Shown: piece after piece, positions 1 through 4,985 of the stretch
Numbering within the stretch: position 1 is the first letter of the stretch
Layout of the letters: the number at the start of each line of letters is the position of its first letter
Source: a virus
Taxonomy: Duplodnaviria > Heunggongvirae > Uroviricota > Caudoviricetes
IMG/VR virus record: IMGVR_UViG_2684622620_000008
Strand: one strand, 5' to 3'
Length of the DNA stretch: 4,985 bases
The notes under the pieces: generated by a model
What the model was told of the DNA's origin: nothing
What the model saw: only the letters and a program-made list of their open reading frames with translations
Databases searched by the model: none
Position numbers and translations under genes: made by a program

Positions 1-546
1 CAGTGCAATGCTGTCCAGAATACGCGTGACCTGAACGCCTGAAATCCCAAAGGCAACAGTGACCGTCAGGCATTCCTTTGTGAAATCATCGACGCAGGTA
101 AGACACTTGATCCTGCGACCGGTGGAAAGTGCGTCCATGACGAAATCCATCGACCAGGTCAGATTGGGCGCCGCCGGACGGAGCAGCGGCAGACGTTCTG
201 TTGCCAGCCCTTTACGACGTCTTCTGCGTTTTACGCCCAGGCCACTGAGGTGATAAAGCCGGTACACGCGCTTATGATTAACATGAAGCCCTTCACGGCG
301 CAGCAACTGCCAAATACGACGGTAGCCAAAACGCCTGCGCTCCAGTGCCAGCTCAGTGATGCGCCCTGATAAATGCGCATCAGCAGCCGGACGGTGAGCC
401 TCATAGCGGCAGGTCGACAGGGATAAACCTGTAAGCCTGCAGGCACGACGTTGCGACAGACCGGTCGCATCACACATCAACATCACGGCTTCCCGCTTCT
501 GGTCTGTCGTCAGTACTTTCGCCCAAGAGCCACCTGAAGCGCCTCT
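1..546 (-). CDS. IS3-family transposase OrfB (DDE catalytic domain), 5' part only; expected to be expressed as an OrfAB fusion by -1 frameshift
   Basis: My own translation of the minus strand in the frame ending at 511-513: RGASGGSWAKVLTTDQKREAVMLMCDATGLSQRRACRLTGLSLSTCRYEAHRPAADAHLSGRITELALERRRFGYRRIWQLLRREGLHVNHKRVYRLYHLSGLGVKRRRRRKGLATERLPLLRPAAPNLTWSMDFVMDALSTGRRIKCLTCVDDFTKECLTVTVAFGISGVQVTRILDSIAL, with no stop down to position 1. It is -1 relative to OrfA, overlaps the OrfA 3' end (513-546), and contains the first D-containing motifs of an IS3-type DDE transposase (WSMDF, CVDDFTKE). The 231-473 ORF in the supplied track is a different frame and is not this gene. Confidence 0.85.
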
Positions 547-773
547 TTATCCAGCATGGCTTCGGCAAGCAGCTTCTTGAGTCTGGCGTTCTCTTCCTCA
601 AGCGACTTCAGGCGCTTAACTTCAGGCACCTCCATACCGCCATACTTCTTACGCCAGGTGTAAAACGTGGCATCGGAAATGGCATGCTTGCGGCAGAGTT
701 CACGGGCGGGTACCCCAGCTTCGGCTTCGCGGAGAATACTGATGATCTGTTCGTCGGAAAAACGCTTCTTCAT
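510..773 (-). CDS. IS3-family transposase OrfA (helix-turn-helix DNA-binding and leucine-zipper part)
   Basis: 87-aa ORF MKKRFSDEQIISILREAEAGVPARELCRKHAISDATFYTWRKKYGG...LEEENARLKKLLAEAMLDKEALQVALGRKY. The N-terminal HTH followed by heptad leucines is the conserved OrfA architecture of IS3/IS407-group elements, and it is immediately followed by the -1 OrfB frame. Confidence 0.9.
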   Translation of the reverse strand: MKKRFSDEQIISILREAEAGVPARELCRKHAISDATFYTWRKKYGGMEVPEVKRLKSLEEENARLKKLLAEAMLDKEALQVALGRKY

Positions 774-814
774 GGGGATGTCCTCATGTGGCTTATGAAG
801 ACATTACTAACATC

Positions 815-844
815 GGGGTGTACTAATCAACGGGGAGCAGGTCA
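815..844 (-). repeat. IS terminal inverted repeat (transposase-proximal end); the inner boundary is approximate
   Basis: The outermost IS bases on the minus strand are TGACCTGCTCCCCGTTGATTAGTACACCCC (reverse complement of 815-844). Only the outer boundary at 844 is supported; the partner IR is outside the window, so the IR length cannot be measured. Confidence 0.5.
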
Positions 845-869
845 GAGCAACCCGTCCAATTTGGTTTGC

Positions 870-888
870 TCTGCTTTATACTAAAGCA
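870..888. other. Lambda-att-core-like motif and 7-3-7 palindrome in the int 3' flank (candidate attachment-site core or Int/IHF-type binding site)
   Basis: Plus strand 870-885 reads TCTGCTTTATACTAA. The lambda common core is GCTTTTTTATACTAA (attB flank CTGCTTTTTTATACTAA), so this matches with three T's missing from the T-run. 872-888 (TGCTTTA TAC TAAAGCA) is a perfect 7-bp inverted repeat with a 3-bp spacer. Orientation relative to int (core on the plus strand, int on the minus strand to the right) is the same as in lambda. Confidence 0.3.
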
Positions 889-908
889 ATAAAGGGAGTA
901 ATTTATTA

Positions 909-2087
909 TTAGCTGGCTTTAATTTCTCCATGGGGAACGACAACCCAATCTATATGATTTTGCGTGTAGATCTTGGTTGACTTCGCATCGCTGTGCGCCA
1001 TTCGTCCTTGTGGATCGATACCCTGCTGATCGAATAGATGCGCTGCTAGTGCTCGAATTTCGTGAAAGGTTGGTCTTTCATCCATTGGTAGATTGTCGCA
1101 TAAACCTAGTTTGTCCCGTGTAGCTGAAAACGACCTACTCAAATAGTCCGGTGCAACTTGAGTAGGATGTGAAACCTCTTTGCTGCGTTTAACTTGGCGT
1201 TCTGGGATCCTGTGAACGACAAACGGACTGGCCACATTATCTCGGCTATCGTCAATTATCCGTTTCAACTCTTCACCAATTGGTATTGCAACGTGTGACG
1301 CCTCTTTTTGTTGCACTTTTTGCCTGTGGATGTAAAGCGTCCCATATATGCCATTTTGTGGTTGTTCGAACCAGACACATCCACATATACCGTCTTTAGG
1401 TTCGCGAATTGAGTAACGGATTCGCGATACTTCGAGTCGTGCATGTGTAGTCTGCAATGCTAGGTCCATTGCTGTTCTTAACCATGGTGCAGCGGCCTGC
1501 CTGATAGCTATAAAATGCTCGAGTGACAGGCGCCGTCTTTTCTTCTCATCAGTCCTACGCATTTTTTTTCTGATGGCCGGGTTATCCAGCATTAGTGATT
1601 CATCGACCGCATAAGAGAACAACTTTTTAAGAAAGCTGACCTTTCTGTTCTGCACATTTGCGGATGCGCTGGCATGATATTTGTTGATGTAGGTATTAAC
1701 GTGTTCAAGTTCGATATCGCATGCCGGAACATTTACGAAAAACGCTTTTACGCGTAGAGCGTCATTTTTCCAGTTATCTAAGGTGCTCTGGGAAGGACGT
1801 TCGTCTTCGATAATTCGGGCCATTATGTGATCAACATGTTCAGCAAATGGTTTTGCTTCTCCGATAACACCGCCAGATTCTCTAATAAGATTATCTACTG
1901 ATGGAGATAATTCTGGTCGCATCCTCAGGTTGTACTCTCTGGCGATTGCAATGGCTATTGCCCTATCCTTACCTATATTTTTCTTCTTTCCGGTAATAAG
2001 TGTGAATTTATAAACACCTCGATCTTTATCAAAAATCAGATAATCAGGAAGATGTCTGTATTCTTTTTTACGTGGCCTTGCCGCCAT
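909..2087 (-). CDS. int: Phage tyrosine integrase, lambda Int type (N-terminal arm-binding domain plus C-terminal catalytic domain)
   Basis: The N-terminus MAARPRKKEYRHLPDYLIFDKDRGVYKFTLITGKKKNIGKDRAIAIAIAREYN parallels lambda Int (MGRRRSHERRDLPPNLYIRNNGYYCYRDPRTGKEFGLGRDRRIAITEAIQAN). The C-terminal motifs HEIRALAAHLF and MAHSDAKSTKIYTQ match the lambda HELRSLSARLY and LGHKSDTMASQY catalytic His/Arg/Tyr box. GAGGGG lies 8 nt before the ATG at 2087; the supplied ORF begins two codons earlier at a GTG (2093) that overlaps the xis stop, and either start is possible. Confidence 0.9.
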   Translation of the reverse strand: MAARPRKKEYRHLPDYLIFDKDRGVYKFTLITGKKKNIGKDRAIAIAIAREYNLRMRPELSPSVDNLIRESGGVIGEAKPFAEHVDHIMARIIEDERPSQSTLDNWKNDALRVKAFFVNVPACDIELEHVNTYINKYHASASANVQNRKVSFLKKLFSYAVDESLMLDNPAIRKKMRRTDEKKRRRLSLEHFIAIRQAAAPWLRTAMDLALQTTHARLEVSRIRYSIREPKDGICGCVWFEQPQNGIYGTLYIHRQKVQQKEASHVAIPIGEELKRIIDDSRDNVASPFVVHRIPERQVKRSKEVSHPTQVAPDYLSRSFSATRDKLGLCDNLPMDERPTFHEIRALAAHLFDQQGIDPQGRMAHSDAKSTKIYTQNHIDWVVVPHGEIKAS

Positions 2088-2089
2088 GG

Positions 2090-2299
2090 TCACCCCTCAT
2101 TTATTAACTTGCGAACAGCTTGACTAACCATTGAGTCGACTCCCCATTTTTCTGTTTCGCAGACAAAAACAGAACCGTCCACGATACGCCCCATGAGCAG
2201 ACCGTTCTCGACCCAGCGTTTTATCGTTCGGTTGTCAGGAATTGAGCCATTAGAGAATTCACGGCGTCCCCATTGGCTCGCTTTCATTAGTTTTGCCAT
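2090..2299 (-). CDS. xis: Excisionase (Xis), lambda-like small winged-helix recombination directionality factor
   Basis: A 69-aa product MAKLMKASQWGRREFSNGSIPDNRTIKRWVENGLLMGRIVDGSVFVCETEKWGVDSMVSQAVRKLINEG lies immediately upstream of int, with its stop (2090-2092) overlapping the int start region. It has the lambda Xis pattern (QW..R, T..RWV, DG). The start is taken at the ATG at 2297-2299, which is preceded by GGAGAAACAGCC; the supplied ORF begins 15 codons earlier at an ATG with no obvious RBS. Confidence 0.7.
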   Translation of the reverse strand: MAKLMKASQWGRREFSNGSIPDNRTIKRWVENGLLMGRIVDGSVFVCETEKWGVDSMVSQAVRKLINEG

Positions 2300-2360
2300 G
2301 GCTGTTTCTCCACTTAACCCGCTGCACACGGGCAGTAATATCAAATTTCAGTCCTGATAA

Positions 2361-2576
2361 TTAATTTTGTTCTATGGTTGCTACCTGTTTAATTGGCCTG
2401 ATGCTGTCCAGGAGCAGTCGGCGGCGCGTATTTTCTGCAAAGTGGCGGCGTCCGGTTTCTTTGTGGTAAAACTCGTTTTTTCCGACGACCCACATCCGCT
2501 TTGTCTGGTGCAGTTTTTTTACCTGCGGACCGTTTCGGGTAATAACAATTCCTGTATGAGTTTTTATCACGCTCAT
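2361..2576 (-). CDS. Hypothetical small basic protein (71 aa), function unknown; lambdoid early-accessory (ea-region) gene
   Basis: ORF MSVIKTHTGIVITRNGPQVKKLHQTKRMWVVGKNEFYHKETGRRHFAENTRRRLLLDSIRPIKQVATIEQN. Its ATG (2574-2576) overlaps the TGA of the upstream gene (2573-2575) in an ATGA arrangement, which argues for real, translationally coupled expression. It has the same orientation as the operon. I do not recognise the family. Confidence 0.5.
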   Translation of the reverse strand: MSVIKTHTGIVITRNGPQVKKLHQTKRMWVVGKNEFYHKETGRRHFAENTRRRLLLDSIRPIKQVATIEQN

Positions 2577-2935
2577 TTCTTATTCTCCGGTGCTTTCGGC
2601 ATTACTGCCCAGTGAGTGATATTGACGTTTTCAAGGTCCCCGACCTGAAATGTCCACTGCCATTCTCCGGTTTCTTTTTGCCCCCATGTGTACCAGAGAG
2701 AACGCCAGCCAATCAGCCAGCCTTCTCCGTTAACATCAAATAACAGAACACTTTCATTTGCTGGTGGCAGTTCAGCTGACACTGGTATTACTTTGTTTTC
2801 CAGTGCTGCACATTTAGCTTCAAGCGCATCTAATTTACGCACCAGGTATTCAGCATCCGTTTCATTCACTTTCAGGTCTCGTGGTACACATCTCCCGCGA
2901 AGAAACCCTTCCATTTCGAAAACATTCATGCGCAT
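2573..2935 (-). CDS. yfdS: DUF551-like phage protein, YfdS homolog (N-terminal coiled-coil segment, C-terminal Trp-rich domain)
   Basis: 120-aa ORF. The C-terminus GEGWLIGWRSLWYTWGQKETGEWQWTFQVGDLENVNITHWAVMPKAPE has the Trp-rich ...THW.MP.P signature that I associate with DUF551 proteins of lambdoid prophages. Length and position after yfdR match K-12 yfdS as I recall it. An alternative start is the ATG at 2927-2929, which overlaps the yfdR stop (ATGA). Confidence 0.7.
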   Translation of the reverse strand: MRMNVFEMEGFLRGRCVPRDLKVNETDAEYLVRKLDALEAKCAALENKVIPVSAELPPANESVLLFDVNGEGWLIGWRSLWYTWGQKETGEWQWTFQVGDLENVNITHWAVMPKAPENKK

Positions 2936-3462
2936 TTTCGTAACTCCGATAACTCGTGAAAGCGTTCCATAAACATCCCGTAGGCATGGCCCGGTGGCAT
3001 TGGAATCACGTTGAACATCTCTGTTGCCGGGATGCCTTCCAGTACCGGCCAGAAAGAGCCATCATCAAGCCCGAGATCGCGGCGTTCGGTTGCCAGCATA
3101 ATGAGATCGGCATATTTCACTGGCGTGCTCATAACAGGAGGTAACCCGTATTTCTCACGGATTACGGCGTCTATTTTTTCTTCCATCCGTTTATAGTCAG
3201 GAAGAAGGCGTTTCAGTGGCGCGGGGATGTCCTGGCAATATGCTTCTGTTGCATCATGCATTAACGCTTCAAAAGCAAATTCCTGCTGCACCAGCTGGCT
3301 GCAAAGCACCGCATGTTGGGCGACACTGTAGAAGTGTGAAAGATGACCGGCAAAGCGACAGATATTTGAAAGGGAAACCGCGATATCGTTAATCACGATG
3401 TCGTCTTTATTTATCCTGTCATAATAAAAATGCTTCCCGGAAAAAGTTTTAATAAATGACAT
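2926..3462 (-). CDS. yfdR: HD-domain phosphohydrolase (YfbR-like 5'-deoxynucleotidase family), YfdR homolog
   Basis: 178-aa product from the ATG at 3460-3462 (MSFIKTFSGKHFYYD...), preceded by GGAGAACAAA. HD-domain motifs are visible: H..H in RFAGHLSHFYSVAQHAV, HD in ALMHDATEAY, and downstream acidic residues (KYADLIM, ERRDLGLDD). Length and position match K-12 CPS-53 yfdR as I recall it. The supplied ORF starts 10 codons earlier at an ATG with no RBS. Confidence 0.85.
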   Translation of the reverse strand: MSFIKTFSGKHFYYDRINKDDIVINDIAVSLSNICRFAGHLSHFYSVAQHAVLCSQLVQQEFAFEALMHDATEAYCQDIPAPLKRLLPDYKRMEEKIDAVIREKYGLPPVMSTPVKYADLIMLATERRDLGLDDGSFWPVLEGIPATEMFNVIPMPPGHAYGMFMERFHELSELRKCA

Positions 3463-3555
3463 TTTGTTCTCCGCGTATATGTGCTGCACCACGCTGAATT
3501 CTGGTAAAAGGAAGCCCTCACCATCCGGCGATTATTGAGTCAATTACGTTTCCAT

Positions 3556-3577
3556 AAATGCCCCCGCAGGGGCATTT
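3556..3577. other. GC-rich stem-loop in the yfdQ-yfdR intergenic region (possible weak terminator, attenuator or RNA-processing hairpin)
   Basis: AAATGCCCC-CGCA-GGGGCATTT is a perfect 9-bp stem with a 4-nt loop. It begins 12 nt after the yfdQ stop on the minus strand. The trailing U-run is only 3 and is base-paired in the stem, so it is not a canonical strong intrinsic terminator. Confidence 0.4.
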
Positions 3578-3589
3578 GCAGTAATGAAA

Positions 3590-4414
3590 TCAGGCGGTGA
3601 AAGTACCAATAAAGGTTTCTACTTTGCTGTCCTTGAATTTCTCAACAAGCAGATCACGAAATTCGTTAGCCATTTCTTCCTGCACTGCTTCCAGCTGAAT
3701 AATGCGCAGAACCAGTACAGGACGATCGCCAGTGATAATGCTGAGGCGTAATTTAAATGGACGTTCTTTCAGGCCTTCAAACGGAACGCATTTAAATTCA
3801 AATGCCACTGGCATAATGTCTTTGGTCTTCGCTTCGACAGACTCCATCAGGGAGCGTTTGCCGCTGAAGTCATTATCTTCAAAATCAGCGGTCTGGTTTG
3901 CTTCAATCGTGATTTTACGGACAGCCGCAGCCGCTTTTGTTGCCTGAATAGCGTCACCATTAGCATCAAAGCCCACAAGGTAGTCGGCCCAGTCTTCAAT
4001 CCATTCTGCCAGTGACTTCTGGGAATTACGCTCGCCATTAACAGACAACAGAGCAGAGAACGGTGCTGTCTTTTTCAGTTTGAGAGTGGCGGTGTTATCG
4101 GCGTGACCTGGTTCATCAATAGTACCCAGGTTAAGAACACTGACGGCACGCATATTATCAGCATCGATAAAGCAGCGGGTGCCTTCATCTGCAAGATCTT
4201 TAGAATAACAGGTAAAGTCATCGATGCTGGCAGTGGAAAGCGCACCACGGAAACGGAAGCGATTTAAATTAAATTTTTCCAGATCATGAATGCGGAAATT
4301 CTCAGGCAATGCCACAGCATCGGCACCAATCTTACTGATAATTTCATTAACACCCTGAGCAGAAATAAGAGCATGGATTTGATTAATTGCGGTTGCGTCT
4401 AAGTTCTGAGACAT
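3590..4414 (-). CDS. yfdQ: Prophage protein YfdQ homolog (I recall it as a DUF2303-type protein), function unknown
   Basis: 274-aa [28 protein letters not shown]... with GAGGA 7 nt upstream of the ATG. Length and position immediately upstream of yfdR match the K-12 CPS-53 yfdQ-yfdR arrangement as I recall it. Confidence 0.8.
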   Translation of the reverse strand: MSQNLDATAINQIHALISAQGVNEIISKIGADAVALPENFRIHDLEKFNLNRFRFRGALSTASIDDFTCYSKDLADEGTRCFIDADNMRAVSVLNLGTIDEPGHADNTATLKLKKTAPFSALLSVNGERNSQKSLAEWIEDWADYLVGFDANGDAIQATKAAAAVRKITIEANQTADFEDNDFSGKRSLMESVEAKTKDIMPVAFEFKCVPFEGLKERPFKLRLSIITGDRPVLVLRIIQLEAVQEEMANEFRDLLVEKFKDSKVETFIGTFTA

Positions 4415-4479
4415 AATAAGTCCTCACTATATAAAGATATTCAGTGATGAGATAAATAATCAGTTAATTAAGAACGATA

Positions 4480-4842
4480 TTAATGACCTGCTGCGCGAAG
4501 TTTTCCGTCAGGTTCACCGGCAAGAGTCAGTAATTGTCCCTGGTCTTCCTGCAGAATAGTCAGGCGACCACCGCGATTGACATACATCGGCGTTTCGGTG
4601 GTGTCTTCTTCAGAAATTTTCCCGCGGTTAGTCGGGCGAACATATGAGAGTTTGTGTTTGATTTTCACACGGTTCTCATCAAACGGTTCGATTTCCAGAT
4701 TGAGTGAGACCTTCCCTTTGGTTTTCGTGTTCATCACACCGGAAGCGACTTCACTGAGAACTGCGCCGATTTTGGTTTCAAATACGCCGCCGTCCAGCTC
4801 CCCGATAAATGCCTGCACATCAGTACTGCGTTCGCTAGCCAT
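4480..4842 (-). CDS. yfdP: Prophage protein YfdP homolog, function unknown
   Basis: Start taken at the ATG at 4840-4842 (MASERSTDVQAFIGELDGG..., 120 aa), which is preceded by GAGGAGCAGCAAA. The supplied ORF begins 6 codons earlier (4860), at an ATG that overlaps an upstream frame's TGA, so a translationally coupled 126-aa form is an alternative. Confidence 0.7.
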   Translation of the reverse strand: MASERSTDVQAFIGELDGGVFETKIGAVLSEVASGVMNTKTKGKVSLNLEIEPFDENRVKIKHKLSYVRPTNRGKISEEDTTETPMYVNRGGRLTILQEDQGQLLTLAGEPDGKLRAAGH

Positions 4843-4856
4843 TTTGCTGCTCCTCA

Positions 4857-4985
4857 TCATATCGACCCTGCAAGGCCGATTAGTTTCTCCACAAAACAGA
4901 GAAGAACACCTGCGGTGGCAGCCGCCCGGATGGATTGGGTTATGAGCCCGTCGTCCGGTGATGCTCTTCTCTGTTTTGTAAAAAG
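4857..4985 (-). CDS. Possible 3' end of an upstream minus-strand gene running off the window (partial)
   Basis: The minus-strand frame ending at the TGA at 4857-4859 is open to the window edge (about 42 codons, ...ITQSIRAAATAGVLLCFVEKLIGLAGSI*), and its stop overlaps the first ATG of the yfdP ORF (ATGA). The yfdP frame is also open to the window edge, so the coding assignment here is uncertain. Confidence 0.25.
   Translation of the reverse strand, partial: LFTKQRRASPDDGLITQSIRAAATAGVLLCFVEKLIGLAGSI
4891..4979. repeat. Inverted repeat, 17-bp arms with one mismatch, about 55 bp apart, upstream of yfdP
   Basis: 4891-4907 ACAAAACAGAGAAGAAC pairs with the reverse complement of 4963-4979 (GCTCTTCTCTGTTTTGT gives ACAAAACAGAGAAGAGC). 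The interior is GC-rich with further short inverted segments (CACC...GGTG, CCGGA...TCCGG). Confidence 0.5.

Larger units (their letters stand above)
1..844 (-). mobile_element. IS3-family insertion sequence (IS407-like subgroup), partial; truncated by the window start
   Basis: Two overlapping minus-strand reading frames typical of IS3 family (OrfA 510-773, OrfB frame open 1-546, shifted -1). Minus-strand terminus reads TGACCTGCTCCCCG starting at position 844 (IS3-family ends are 5'-TG...CA-3'), 71 bp upstream of the OrfA ATG. The other end lies outside the window. Confidence 0.85.

Noticed and set aside
59-253. 64-aa plus-strand ORF
   Set aside because: Antisense to the IS3 OrfB coding region; Arg/Ser-rich product typical of a spurious antisense frame.
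231-473. 80-aa minus-strand ORF from the supplied track, inside the IS
   Set aside because: It is in a different frame from the conserved transposase OrfB reading frame that I translated (1-546), and its sequence is low complexity with no transposase motifs. It is an alternative-frame artefact.
684-884. 66-aa plus-strand ORF spanning the OrfA 5' end and the IS terminus
   Set aside because: Antisense to OrfA, crosses the IS boundary, and has no RBS or recognisable product.
845-908. Possible tRNA 3' fragment at the prophage junction (lambdoid phages often integrate into tRNA genes)
   Set aside because: No T-loop (GTTCGAATC-like) or acceptor-stem/CCA pattern is visible in the 64-bp spacer. The sequence is AT-rich and non-tRNA-like.
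1941-1963. Short tandem-like DNA repeat (GCAATAGCCATTGCAATCGCC on the minus strand)
   Set aside because: It is simply the coding of the Ala-Ile repeat (AIAIAIA) in the Int N-terminal arm-binding domain, which corresponds to the RIAITEAI segment of lambda Int. It is not an independent repeat element.
2367-2615. 82-aa plus-strand ORF antisense to the 71-aa gene
   Set aside because: The minus-strand ORF has the ATGA coupling to the upstream gene and the operon orientation. The plus-strand product is Phe-rich and low complexity.
2688-3196. Plus-strand ORFs 2688-2972, 2956-3144 and 3011-3196
   Set aside because: All are antisense to the well-supported yfdS and yfdR genes, with Ser/Arg-rich compositions typical of antisense frames.
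3702-4038. Plus-strand ORF 3702-3947 and minus-strand ORF 3847-4038
   Set aside because: Both are embedded in the 274-aa yfdQ coding region in other frames, with no independent support.
4577-4945. 122-aa plus-strand ORF
   Set aside because: Antisense to yfdP and the upstream region; Ser/Leu-rich low-complexity product.
1-4985. CRISPR array or rRNA gene
   Set aside because: No regularly spaced direct repeats and no rRNA-like conserved segments were seen anywhere in the window.

Overview
The window is the integrase-proximal (left) arm of a lambdoid prophage, with all genes on the minus strand and an IS3-family insertion sequence abutting it. Reading the minus strand from high to low coordinates: a possible 3' end of an upstream gene (4857-4985), then homologs of the E. 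coli K-12 CPS-53/KplE1 accessory genes yfdP (4480-4842), yfdQ (3590-4414), yfdR (HD-domain phosphohydrolase, 2926-3462) and a DUF551-like yfdS (2573-2935), a 71-aa basic hypothetical protein (2361-2576), a lambda-type excisionase (2090-2299) and a lambda-type tyrosine integrase (909-2087). Only 64 bp beyond the int stop codon lies the terminus of an IS3-family element (IS407-like; 1-844, OrfA complete, OrfB running off the window start). The IS therefore sits where the prophage attL/P' arm would be expected. The 64-bp spacer contains a motif resembling the lambda att core with a shortened T-run. No rRNA, tRNA or CRISPR array was seen. I do not see an obviously new multi-gene system; the most interesting items are the IS/att junction, the mosaic yfd module, and the uncharacterised 71-aa gene. 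All homology calls are from reading the translations and from memory; no searches were run.
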